Source: an uncultured Chloroflexia bacterium (GTDB lineage: Bacteria; Chloroflexota; Dehalococcoidia; DSTF01; JALHUB01). From it: 64,000 bases of DNA. Position numbers and translations under genes: made by a program. The stretch covers positions 1,440,001 to 1,504,000 of the forward strand of contig OY969814.1 of NCBI GenBank assembly GCA_963703345.1, written 5' to 3'. Shown piece after piece: positions 29,177 through 38,108 of the stretch. Position 1 is the stretch's first letter, and each line of letters starts with the position of its first letter. Under the pieces are notes generated by a model, which worked only from the letters and a program-made list of their open reading frames with translations, did no database searches and had not been told where the DNA came from.

Positions 29177-30120
29177 AGCCTGTCTCCTAAGCCTAGACGT
29201 CGATGCGCCGCTTGAGCCCGCTCGTCAGCTGTCGAAGCTGCGTACCGCTGAACCATCGTTCGCGAGCGCCAGCCAGTGAGACGCATTAGGTCGCCCTCCG
29301 TACCGCCCTGCGAGAGCCAATCATGGGCGAACGTATGCCGCAACTGATGAGGGTGAATGTCACCCAATCCAGCCTGCCGGCCACGCTGCTTTATCATCTG
29401 GTAAATGCCCGTGTCGCCAAACTGACCCTTATGACCCACCCATAGCCAAGGTGATGACGCTGAAGGATGCTGCTTGCGCTTCCTCAGATAACGGTCAAGG
29501 GCCTTCACAGCCTTCGCTCCGATAGGTAGCACCCGCTCCCGTCGCCCCTTCCCAAGAACCCGGATCAAGCCCCTATCTAGGTCAACGTCGCTATTCTCCT
29601 CATCTTTGGCGTTGTACCGCAAACCGCCAATTTCCGCTCGACGCGCACCGGTGTCGATGAAAATGCGCAGTATCGCCGTGTCGCGCCGGTCCTCCAAACT
29701 GCCGCCCTTTTCACACGTTGCCAGCAGCGCTTTCAACTCCTCCTCGCGCAGCACAGGCGGAGGGTTCTCAGGGACCCGAGGCGGCTTCATCTTTGCCATC
29801 GGTGACTCCCTAACCTCGCCCTCTTCATCCAGCCACTTGAAGAACGATTGTAGTCCGCGATATCGATTGTTCGCTGTCGCAGGCTTCCACCGCTCCAACA
29901 AGTAGGCAATGAAACTCTCAACATGCTCTCGCCGAATCTTCGCTACCTCTTGCGGCATTCCCTGATCAGCTAGGAATCCGGCCAACTGCCGCGCGCTCTC
30001 CAGGTACGTGTCAATCGTCCTTGCAGACAGATTCTCCGCCCGTAGATGGCGCCCAAAGCTCTCGATGTTACCTACGATATCGCCCTGTGCTATACTTCTT
30101 GCGGCTATGGACTCGCGCAT
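29173..30120 (-). CDS. Tyrosine recombinase / integrase
   Basis: TGARRAE (R), GKGRRER (K), HPHQLRH (HxxR), LTGW...MVQRY (Y); AGGAG SD; TTGACG-N18-TATAAC promoter at 30186-30157. Confidence 0.95.
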   Translation of the reverse strand: MRESIAARSIAQGDIVGNIESFGRHLRAENLSARTIDTYLESARQLAGFLADQGMPQEVAKIRREHVESFIAYLLERWKPATANNRYRGLQSFFKWLDEEGEVRESPMAKMKPPRVPENPPPVLREEELKALLATCEKGGSLEDRRDTAILRIFIDTGARRAEIGGLRYNAKDEENSDVDLDRGLIRVLGKGRRERVLPIGAKAVKALDRYLRKRKQHPSASSPWLWVGHKGQFGDTGIYQMIKQRGRQAGLGDIHPHQLRHTFAHDWLSQGGTEGDLMRLTGWRSRTMVQRYAASTADERAQAAHRRLGLGDRL

Positions 30121-30226
30121 CTGCCACTCCTATCGCTAGCTCTCGCACTTGCGCTAGTTATAGGGTATTCGAGCGGTGTTCGTCAAGAGGAAATCAGTTA
30201 GAGACTGTAGCCAGCTTCGAAAGCGA

Positions 30227-30301
30227 GCGGGGGTAGCTCAGCGGTAGAGCTCCTGCCTTCCAAGCAGGATGTCGCGGGTTCGAACCCCGTCCCCCGCTCC
30301 A
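30227..30301 (+). tRNA. tRNA-Gly(UCC), intact, CCA encoded
   Basis: Cloverleaf: GCGGGGG/CCCCCGC acceptor stem, CCTGC-CTTCCAA-GCAGG anticodon arm, GGTTCGAACC T loop, TCCA end. Confidence 0.97.
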
Positions 30302-30313
30302 ATTCGCCAGATA

Positions 30314-30342
30314 CGAAGCCGAGCGAATCGCCCGGCTTTCTT
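30314..30342 (+). terminator. Hairpin/terminator after tRNA
   Basis: AAGCCGAGCG-AAT-CGCCCGGCTT followed by TCTT. Confidence 0.55.
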
Positions 30343-30353
30343 GATGGAGTAGC

Positions 30354-32216
30354 ATGAGCGCAGCCCAAGTCAATGCCACCGAGGGCGAGGCCGTCCGAAA
30401 GAACATCCGCAACATCGCGATCATCTCCCACGTCGACCACGGCAAGACTACGCTGGTCGACGCAATGCTGCGGCAGACCGGCGTCTTCCGCGAGAACCAG
30501 GAGGTCGTCGATCGGGTGATGGACTCGAGCGACCTCGAACGCGAGAAGGGGATCACGATTCTGGCCAAGAACACGTCGGTGCGGTTTGGCCGGTACAAGA
30601 TCAACATCGTCGATACGCCCGGACATGCCGACTTCGGGGGTGAGGTGGAGCGCACGCTGAAGATGGTGGACGGCGTGCTGCTGCTGGTCGACGCCAGTGA
30701 AGGGCCGCTGCCGCAGACGCGCTTCGTGCTGAAGAAGGCGCTGGAACTGGGACTGCCGCCGATCGTCGTGATCAACAAGATCGACCGGAAGGACGCGCGG
30801 CCGCAGGAGGTGCTGGACGAAATCTACGACCTCTTCATCGACCTCGACGCGCACGAGTCCCAGCTCGATTTTCCTGTGCTGTACACGATCGCGCGCGGCG
30901 GCGTCTGCCGACTGACGCCCGACGGCGAAGACCATCGCCTCGAGCCGCTGTTCAAGGAGATCATCCGGTCGATTCCGGCGCCGCGCTATCAGCCGTCGAT
31001 GCCGCTGCAGATGCTGGTGCTGAATCTCGATTACTCGGATTTTGTCGGACGCCTGGCGGTGGGACGTGTCGTCAACGGGCGCCTGCGCGCGAAGCAGGAC
31101 GTGGCGCTTGTGCGCGAGGGCGGCAGCATCGATCGCGCCCGGGTAACCTATCTGTACACATTTGAGGGGCTGGAGCGCGTGGAAGTGACCCAGGCAGGGC
31201 CGGGAGAGATCGTGCAACTGGCGGGATTCGACGAGGTGAACATCGGGGACACGATCACTGACGCAGATGACCCGCGGGCGCTTCCGCGTGTGATTATCGA
31301 CGAGCCGACCGTGAGCATGATGTTTTCGATCAACACGTCGCCCTTCGCGGGTCAGGAGGGACGGTTCGTAACGTCGCGAAACCTGAAGGACAGGCTGGAG
31401 CGGGAGGTGCTCACGAACGTGGCGCTGCGCGTCGAGCCGGGCGACTCGGCGGATAACTTCAAGGTGTCGGGCCGCGGTGAGTTGCAGATGGCGATCTTAA
31501 TCGAGACGATGCGGCGCGAAGGGTTTGAGCTGTCGGCCAGCAAGCCGCAGGTGATAACCCGCGAAATCGATGGCGTAGTGCACGAGCCCATGGAGCACCT
31601 GGTGATCGACTGCCCGGATGAGTACGTGGGTATCGTGTCGCAGAAGATCGCCATCCGCAAGGGGCGCATGACGAACATGGTGAACCACGGCACGGGCCGG
31701 GTAAGGCTGGAGTTCCGCATCCCATCGCGAGGACTCATCGGCTTCCGCAGCCAGTTCCTGACGGACACGCGTGGCACCGGTCTACTGAACCACCTGTTTG
31801 ACGGGTATAAGCCATGGCAGGGAGACATCGAGCATCGCACGAACGGCGCGCTGGTGGCGGATCGCACGGGCGCGGTGATGGCGTACGCTATGGAGCAGGC
31901 GCAGGAGCGCGGGGAGATCTTCGTCGAGCGGGGGGAGCGCGTGTACGAGGGGATGATCATTGGGGAGAACGCGCGTGAGAGGGATATCAACCTCAACATC
32001 ACGAAGGAGAAGAAACTCACCAACATCCGCTCGTCAACATCGGATATTGCGGTGCAACTGCTGCCGGTGCGGCGCATGTCGCTAGAGCAGGCGCTGGAGT
32101 GGATCGCCGAGGACGAGATGCTGGAGGTAACGCCGAAGAGCTTGCGACTGCGAAAGCGGCTGCTCGCGGCAAGCGAGCGAGCAAGCGAGCGGGCGAGGGA
32201 CGCGCGGCGGGACTAG
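30354..32216 (+). CDS. typA: Translational GTPase TypA/BipA
   Basis: [42 protein letters not shown]. Confidence 0.97.
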   Translation: MSAAQVNATEGEAVRKNIRNIAIISHVDHGKTTLVDAMLRQTGVFRENQEVVDRVMDSSDLEREKGITILAKNTSVRFGRYKINIVDTPGHADFGGEVERTLKMVDGVLLLVDASEGPLPQTRFVLKKALELGLPPIVVINKIDRKDARPQEVLDEIYDLFIDLDAHESQLDFPVLYTIARGGVCRLTPDGEDHRLEPLFKEIIRSIPAPRYQPSMPLQMLVLNLDYSDFVGRLAVGRVVNGRLRAKQDVALVREGGSIDRARVTYLYTFEGLERVEVTQAGPGEIVQLAGFDEVNIGDTITDADDPRALPRVIIDEPTVSMMFSINTSPFAGQEGRFVTSRNLKDRLEREVLTNVALRVEPGDSADNFKVSGRGELQMAILIETMRREGFELSASKPQVITREIDGVVHEPMEHLVIDCPDEYVGIVSQKIAIRKGRMTNMVNHGTGRVRLEFRIPSRGLIGFRSQFLTDTRGTGLLNHLFDGYKPWQGDIEHRTNGALVADRTGAVMAYAMEQAQERGEIFVERGERVYEGMIIGENARERDINLNITKEKKLTNIRSSTSDIAVQLLPVRRMSLEQALEWIAEDEMLEVTPKSLRLRKRLLAASERASERARDARRD

Positions 32217-32266
32217 GAAGTGCGGGCTCGTGTTACTATCCTGACGAAAGCAGAAGGAGGGACACG

Positions 32267-32347
32267 ATGGGACGCAAGGATAAGGGCGGCAAGAAGGTCA
32301 AGAAGCCAAAGCAGGAGAAGATCAAGAAGGCGCCGAACGCGAAGTAA
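32267..32347 (+). CDS. 26-aa Lys-rich peptide
   Basis: AAGGAGG SD, MGRKDKGGKKVKKPKQEKIKKAPNAK. Confidence 0.6.
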   Translation: MGRKDKGGKKVKKPKQEKIKKAPNAK

Positions 32348-32486
32348 GGCGATGTCGATATCCTGGACGACGCAGCTGACAAGACCGGTCGAGATGGAGC
32401 CCGGGCGACATGCGGGAGCGGAGCCTGGCGGAAGATCCGGCGTCATCCTAGGTTTATCGGCTGCACTTGAGTCGGTTACTCCGTTT

Positions 32487-32531
32487 CTTCCAAGCAGGAT
32501 GTCGCGGGTTCGAATCCCGTCCCCCGCTCCA
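32487..32531 (+). pseudogene. 3' half of tRNA-Gly(UCC), att-site remnant
   Basis: CTTCCAAGCAGGATGTCGCGGGTTCGAATCCCGTCCCCCGCTCCA equals 30257-30301 except one T-loop base. Confidence 0.95.
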
Positions 32532-32672
32532 CCGGCCTACCGCCGCCTACACCGGGGGCTGTTCGGCCACGGCGTGCACCAAAATGGACTGTGGTGCCGT
32601 TCTTGGGGGCGAGACCGTCGCCGAAGCGCCGCCCAAACCGATGGAGCCGTAGGGACATTCCCTTGGTAGCGC

Positions 32673-32699
32673 TCAACCCTTGGCGGAAAGTGCCGATGA
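32673..32699 (+). promoter_or_regulatory. Sigma28 (FliA/WhiG)-like promoter
   Basis: TCAA-N15-GCCGATGA versus consensus TAAA-N15-GCCGATAA. Confidence 0.6.
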
Positions 32700-32738
32700 T
32701 CTCCTCAGACGGGAATCTTCGGTGCAGGAGGCACGGCA

Positions 32739-33083
32739 ATGAAAAAACCAGCCAAGCGAGAGCATGGAATCCACTACGCCCTCATTAGCAAGGCCAGCAA
32801 ACCTTGCCCCAGTTGTGGCGGCGAAAAGGGCTGGCACAAACATGCTCACTGCGAAGGGCTCCGCGCACGCTGGGGCTCCTGTGTCGTAACTCATGAGGAC
32901 GAGAAGCGCGGCGCCCGCCGCTGCCGCCTGCCGCTCGGCTGGGACGTAGGGCACCGCATGTCCTGGCGGGGAGGGCGCCTGCACTTCCATCAGTACACGG
33001 GCGACGGGCTCTACTGCGAGCATCACGCGCGCGAGCTGGCGACGCACTTGAACCTGCCGGACGAACAACACCACGTGGCTTAG
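32739..33083 (+). CDS. Small Cys/His-rich hypothetical protein
   Basis: AGGAGG SD; CPSC, HKHAHC, YCEHH. Confidence 0.65.
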   Translation: MKKPAKREHGIHYALISKASKPCPSCGGEKGWHKHAHCEGLRARWGSCVVTHEDEKRGARRCRLPLGWDVGHRMSWRGGRLHFHQYTGDGLYCEHHARELATHLNLPDEQHHVA

Positions 33084-33174
33084 GTCCGATGGTGGCCCTC
33101 GCTGAGGTCTGCGCGGATATGAACGGGGGCCCGACACGCGTAGAGCCCCTTTTGATGCCAACCGTCCAGCCTCT

Positions 33175-34701
33175 CTAGGACCCTGGGACTCCTTCGTACA
33201 TTAGATCGGTGTCGCCGGGATAGTCGCCCGCGATCACGTCTCCCAGGGCAACGATCGGCTTGTCCGAATCGATTACCATCGAGCCGGTGAAAGACGCCGG
33301 CAGATTGTTTTCCCACGCCTGGAGAAGCTTCGCCGTCCCGTTCACCTTCATCTTGTAGGAGTATTGCCCTCCCGGCAGGTCGCCGCTGACGTAGCGAATT
33401 GTCAGATTCGCAGCGCCGCCGTCGGCCGTCGCCACCTGCACCCATGAGGTCAGACCGGCGCGGCTGGCCCCGTCCGGCGAGTTCTTGTCGACGAGCGGCA
33501 GGTAGACGCGCTTGCCCGCCGTGTCGGTGCGCAGGCCGCGATAGCTGGTATAGACATCGCCGCGGTTCGACGAGCGCGACACGACGACGCCGACCGGCCG
33601 GTTCGACGTTATCAGCGCCGTGCCGTCGTGGAAGTTCTGCGGCAGCGTGTCGCCGGGAGCCAGGCAGTTGGCGACGTCGCTGTCCTGGAAGCACTGCCGC
33701 GACGCCTGGACGAGGAAGCTGCTGCTCTTGCTCACCGGCTGGTTGTTCCCGTCCAGGCCGTCGATCTTGACAGTAACCGTCGCCGCCTGGGCCGGATCGC
33801 TGTTCATTACCTCGAAGTCCGTGCTCCACTCGCCGCCGGCGGTGCGCTCGATGATCGGCAACAGGATCGAAGTGCCCATATCGTTGCTCGTGAAGCCGCT
33901 GTAGCCGGCGAACTGGTGTGTGTCGACGTTGAACGTGTTGGCCGTCGCGACGACGAACTGCTGCGACGGGGGCACGCCCTGCGCGTTAGGGTAGAGGTCG
34001 ACGCGCACGGAGCCCGCGAAGTTGTTATCAACGCCCATCGTTTGGTACGAGCGGAAAAGCGTCGCGCCCGCCTGGATGGGGGTGCCGCCCTGCGGACAAC
34101 CGTCCTGGGGCGTGAAGCCGCCGACCTGCGGGTTGAACGGGTCCCAGTGGACCGCCGAATCGCTGTAGTTGCTCGTGTAGACGAGCGTCGCACAGGCGAT
34201 CGTGCCGCCCATGTTCTGAACGGCGAAGCGGGAGTTCCAGGCCTGCGCCGGGCCGTCCTTTTTGATCACCAGCGGCAGGTAGAGCTTGCCTGAGCCTGCG
34301 TTCACCGCTACTGTGTCGCCGGCCGTCTGGTAGAAGCCATCGCCGGCATCGACGTCGCTTGCCAGGAGGACGGCGATCGGCTGGTCGCTCGTGACAACCG
34401 CTGAACCGATAAAGCCCGTAGGAAGAGTGCCGCTGCGTCCCTCAATGAACGTCCAGCCGCCGCCCGGCGGGATGGCTGGACAGGTCCCCGGGCATGATTC
34501 GCTGGCGACGACGTTGCCCTGCGCGCCCAGATACCTTATCTCGACGTTCGCGGCCGCGCTGCCCATATTCTGGATGCGAATCCAGGAGTTCTCGGTGTGC
34601 AGCGTGTAGCAGGACGATTGAAGGAGAATCAGGATTGCGGCCAGCGGTAGCAGGAAGATCGTTCGGTGATGTCGTCCGCGGACGAGAACTGAAGCTCGCA
34701 T
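33175..34701 (-). CDS. Secreted or lipoprotein cell-surface protein with repeated beta-sandwich units
   Basis: GGAGG SD, signal peptide ending LLQSSC, repeated IQNxG, GSAVVTSDQPI and LYLPLV motifs. Confidence 0.8.
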   Translation of the reverse strand: MRASVLVRGRHHRTIFLLPLAAILILLQSSCYTLHTENSWIRIQNMGSAAANVEIRYLGAQGNVVASESCPGTCPAIPPGGGWTFIEGRSGTLPTGFIGSAVVTSDQPIAVLLASDVDAGDGFYQTAGDTVAVNAGSGKLYLPLVIKKDGPAQAWNSRFAVQNMGGTIACATLVYTSNYSDSAVHWDPFNPQVGGFTPQDGCPQGGTPIQAGATLFRSYQTMGVDNNFAGSVRVDLYPNAQGVPPSQQFVVATANTFNVDTHQFAGYSGFTSNDMGTSILLPIIERTAGGEWSTDFEVMNSDPAQAATVTVKIDGLDGNNQPVSKSSSFLVQASRQCFQDSDVANCLAPGDTLPQNFHDGTALITSNRPVGVVVSRSSNRGDVYTSYRGLRTDTAGKRVYLPLVDKNSPDGASRAGLTSWVQVATADGGAANLTIRYVSGDLPGGQYSYKMKVNGTAKLLQAWENNLPASFTGSMVIDSDKPIVALGDVIAGDYPGDTDLMYEGVPGS

Positions 34702-34830
34702 GTCATCCCTCCACCCTCGAAGCCCGTCCGTGTGATGATAAGCAAAGGGCCTTCCGCCCGTCAAGCGAAGGAGCGCAATCGTCGACAGAGAATATGGCAT
34801 CCGCGTCGCTTCACGCTTATACTTCGGTTG

Positions 34831-36453
34831 ATGCTCGCTGAAGCCACGACCTCACGCCAACGAATGCCGCTGCTTCGGGCTGTCGCCGCCGTTCGCCTCT
34901 GGTTCCGGCGATACCGCCTCGTATGCGGCGCCTTCCTGGTCGTCCTCCTGCTTGGCCTGCCAACGCTCATCGTGCCCTTCTTTACCGATGCGGCCGACTT
35001 TGCCCTCGGCGCCCGCACGATACTCTCCGGCGGCGTGCTGTATCGCGACTTCTGGGAGGTGAAGTCGCCGGCCATCTACTTCGTCTACGCGTTCGCCTTC
35101 GTTCCGCTCGGCCAGCACATGGTCAGCGTCCGCATCCTCGACCTCGCCAACACCGGACTCGCCATGGGCGTCGTCTATCTGCTTGGCCGGCGCTTCTTCG
35201 GTGAGCGGGCGGGCATTCTTGCCGGCTGTCTCTATGGCGTGACGTATCTGACGCGCGCCGGCTTCGAGGGGCTGGGCGAAGTGGAGAGCTTTCTGGCGCT
35301 GCCGGTCGTCCTGTCCATTCTGTTCTATCGCCCAAATTCCGAGCGCGGCGTCAATGCCGGCGCATTCCTCTCCGGCGTCCTGCTTGGCCTGGCGTTCAGC
35401 ATCAAGTTGTCCGCCCTCTTCTTCGTCCTGGCCCTTCCGGCCGTGGAGGTCATGTTCGCAGAGAGGCCGCTTCGGATTGCACCCGCGCTGAAGCGCCTGT
35501 CGATTGCCGCGACCGGTTTTCTGGTGATACCCGCCGTCTTTGTCGTCTACCTGGCGGCGGGAGGCGCCCTCCGCGACTTCATCGACATCCAGCGACTGCA
35601 CGTCTGGCCCTACACGTCACTTCGCTGGTCGCCGCCGGGCGAATCCTACCTCCACTTCCTGGCCCGCGCTACCCATGACTATATGCTGCACAACCTGTTC
35701 CTCGTCGTGCCTGCTGCCGGCGCCCTCTTCGTTGCGCTGGCGGGCTCGCGACGCAAAGAGACCGCACTCGTCGCCATCCTGGCGATTGCGTCGCTGGCCG
35801 GCGTCTGGAGCCAGGGCAAATTCTTCGCCTACCACTATCTGGCGATGATCTTTCCGCTGGCGCTTCTCGCCGGCTTTGCAATCGACAGAGTCGTCGCTTA
35901 TGTGAGTGGACCTGGCTTCCCTGCTCAGCGATGGGCCGCCTATGGGCTGGCGGGCGCTTTCCTCGTCCTGCTCACGCCGAGCCTGCTCTCCAACCCCTAC
36001 GAACAGTACCGTCAGTTCCTGGGCTATGCGACGGGCAGGGTGACGCGGGAGGACAACGAGGGCCAGTGGGGGCCGTTTTTCCGTCTCGATCGTGAGGTGC
36101 TGGACTATGTGAGGGCGAACGGCGACGGCGACACGAGCCTCTTCATCTGGGGGAATTGGCCCGTCATCTACTGGTGGGCCGACCAGCCGTTGGTCAGCAG
36201 GTTCATCTTTGAAACGCCACTCTCTGCGACTTGGGCCCCCGAGGCGTGGCGAAGCGAGCTCGTCGACGATCTCCAGACGCAGCAACCCCACTTCATCGCC
36301 GTCGCGGCCAGTGCCCCCCAGCCGTGGCTAACCGGCACGAACGAGACCACGGTCGAGGCGCTCGCGGCTTATCCCGGGTTGAGCGACCTTCTGGCGCAAA
36401 GCTACGAGGCGAGGTGGGCGAACGACCTCTTTCGCGTTTACGTGCGGAAATGA
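34831..36453 (+). CDS. GT-C fold membrane glycosyltransferase (ArnT/PMT-like)
   Basis: LYRDFWEVKSP motif, multiple TM helices, periplasmic C-terminus. Confidence 0.85.
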   Translation: MLAEATTSRQRMPLLRAVAAVRLWFRRYRLVCGAFLVVLLLGLPTLIVPFFTDAADFALGARTILSGGVLYRDFWEVKSPAIYFVYAFAFVPLGQHMVSVRILDLANTGLAMGVVYLLGRRFFGERAGILAGCLYGVTYLTRAGFEGLGEVESFLALPVVLSILFYRPNSERGVNAGAFLSGVLLGLAFSIKLSALFFVLALPAVEVMFAERPLRIAPALKRLSIAATGFLVIPAVFVVYLAAGGALRDFIDIQRLHVWPYTSLRWSPPGESYLHFLARATHDYMLHNLFLVVPAAGALFVALAGSRRKETALVAILAIASLAGVWSQGKFFAYHYLAMIFPLALLAGFAIDRVVAYVSGPGFPAQRWAAYGLAGAFLVLLTPSLLSNPYEQYRQFLGYATGRVTREDNEGQWGPFFRLDREVLDYVRANGDGDTSLFIWGNWPVIYWWADQPLVSRFIFETPLSATWAPEAWRSELVDDLQTQQPHFIAVAASAPQPWLTGTNETTVEALAAYPGLSDLLAQSYEARWANDLFRVYVRK

Positions 36454-36475
36454 GGCTGACGGTCTCCGGCGACGC

Positions 36476-37303
36476 TCAGGCTCGGGCGCGGTAGCCCGTC
36501 CCCTGCGCCGAGACGTCCATTCCCGCCGTAAGAATGCGCTCCGCTGGCAGTGGACGCTCTTTCGTCTCGCGGAGGTCTATCGTCTTCAGATAGCGACGGC
36601 AGCGTTCGCAGACAGCCAGGCGGTGGACCTTGTCGTCGCTGGGGAAGAAGGCCAGCTCCTTCGGGTCGTCGTTGCCGCAGAACGGGCAGCCCAGGCGGCG
36701 AAACGCCCATTCCGCGTCGCAGCGCGAGCAGAGCAATCGCCTGCGGCCGCCGCTTCTCTCCAGCGCAGCCATGTCGGGCTCGCCGCCGCAGATCGGGCAA
36801 TAGCCGCGATACCAACTGCTCGCATCGACGAGGCGGCTGAGCGATTCGGCCCGTGCCCGCAGGAACGGGTACAGGGCGTTGTGCATGATAAACGCGAGCA
36901 GCGCGCCGTCTATGTTGCTGTTGCTCTCCGGCATGATTCCGCCGCTGAGATAAGCTACCGCCAGCGACTTCATGCGGTGCCGGCGACGGTGCAGCCAGGC
37001 GTGGATGTCGGCGAGCTGCTTGACGCGCTCCCGCCGGCACTCCGCAATCGCGAAGGCGATCTGCATAGCCAGGTCCGTCAGCTTGTCGGGGTCAACGTCC
37101 AACTCCTCGATCACGAGCAGCGGGTTACCGCGTTGCAGGCGGGTCCGCGCTTCCTCGGGCTTCGGAACGTCCGCTTCCATCGAGACCTGCACGCGCGATT
37201 GGATTTCCAGCAGCTTGCAGCACAGGTCGACGGTCTCCGCCAGCTCGGGGCGCTCCGCGGCTCCCTGTTCGAGGGCGGCCATGATTTCGCTGTAATCGTT
37301 CAT
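36476..37303 (-). CDS. fdhE: Formate dehydrogenase accessory protein FdhE
   Basis: CPICG, CSRC..W, CPFCGN, CERC..YLK. Confidence 0.92.
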   Translation of the reverse strand: MNDYSEIMAALEQGAAERPELAETVDLCCKLLEIQSRVQVSMEADVPKPEEARTRLQRGNPLLVIEELDVDPDKLTDLAMQIAFAIAECRRERVKQLADIHAWLHRRRHRMKSLAVAYLSGGIMPESNSNIDGALLAFIMHNALYPFLRARAESLSRLVDASSWYRGYCPICGGEPDMAALERSGGRRRLLCSRCDAEWAFRRLGCPFCGNDDPKELAFFPSDDKVHRLAVCERCRRYLKTIDLRETKERPLPAERILTAGMDVSAQGTGYRARA

Positions 37304-37333
37304 CTCAGGTTCCAGTCTAGATGCTTTCGCGGC

Positions 37334-37366
37334 AAAAGAAAAAGGCGACCCTCGCGAGCCGCCTTT
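37334..37366 (-). terminator. Intrinsic terminator between the nrfD-like fragment and fdhE
   Basis: Minus strand AAAGGCGG-CTCGCGAG-GGTCGCCTTTTTCTTTT. Confidence 0.55.
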
Positions 37367-37387
37367 GCCTCTCCCATACGTTCACTC

Positions 37388-37870
37388 TTAGCTTGAGCCG
37401 GCTGCCCCGTCGTGGGGCGCCTGGCCGAACAGCGGCAGGTACTTCGCCGCGACGTAGAATACCAGCGCCAGGCCGGCCCACAGCCCGAACGTGAAGCCGA
37501 ACTCCAGCGGGTGCGGGATGTACGTCGGCGATCCCGGCGGCCTGGCCCAGGAGATGATGCTGACGTCGACGCGGTTCAGCATCAGCCCCAGCACGACCAT
37601 CAGGGCCGCCGTGAAGCGCAGCGCTGCGTTCTCCCGCGCGCCTTTCGAGAGGAGCAGCAGCATCGGGATGATGATGCCCACGGACACCTCGAGCCAGTAG
37701 ACGGCGCTGCTCCGCGTCCCCTCAAACAGAAGGCCCAGCTCACGCGCGCCGGCCAGGTCGGCGACCTTGGCGACGAGGTAGATCCCCAGCAAGAAGGGAA
37801 GCGCCTTCGCCAGCGTAGCCATCGCCTCGCCGTCCGGCTTGCGGCCCAGCGCCTTCGACGTCGAGCGCAA
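37388..37870 (-). pseudogene. C-terminal fragment of an NrfD/HybB-family membrane subunit
   Basis: YWLEV..G...GLMLNR..V...YIPHPLE...KYLPLF; N-terminal two thirds absent. Confidence 0.8.
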
Positions 37871-38108
37871 TCGCGATGGAAGCTGGAGCCTCACCGACGC
37901 CAGCGATGTCGCCTACGACCTCTCCGGCAACTTGGGGCAACCTCCCTGGTAGCGATCCCGCTCGAACAGGGCGGTTGCCACACATGAGATGAGCAAGACC
38001 TGCGCAAGGACGCAGGTCTTCTCTTTACGCTATTGTCGATTGCCCGGGTGTGGTGGGATCGCGCGAAGGCGGCTAATCGGTGGAGTTGCGGCGGTGCTCG
38101 GCCGTCGT

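Larger units (their letters stand above)
24508..30263. mobile_element. Integrative (mobilizable) rolling-circle element in tRNA-Gly, 5749 bp core to core
   Basis: CTTCCAA cores at 24508 and 30257; integrase next to the intact tRNA; Rep_trans gene with nic hairpin; visibly lower GC than flanks. Confidence 0.9.

Noticed and set aside
24515-30226. Filamentous prophage (inovirus)
   Set aside because: No Zot-like ATPase or cluster of small coat genes; only rep, integrase and cargo.
6045-32531. Trans-spliced split tRNA (Nanoarchaeum-like) made from the 5' and 3' halves
   Set aside because: An intact copy is present, the halves overlap at the anticodon loop as att sites do, their flanks are not complementary, and an integrase is adjacent.
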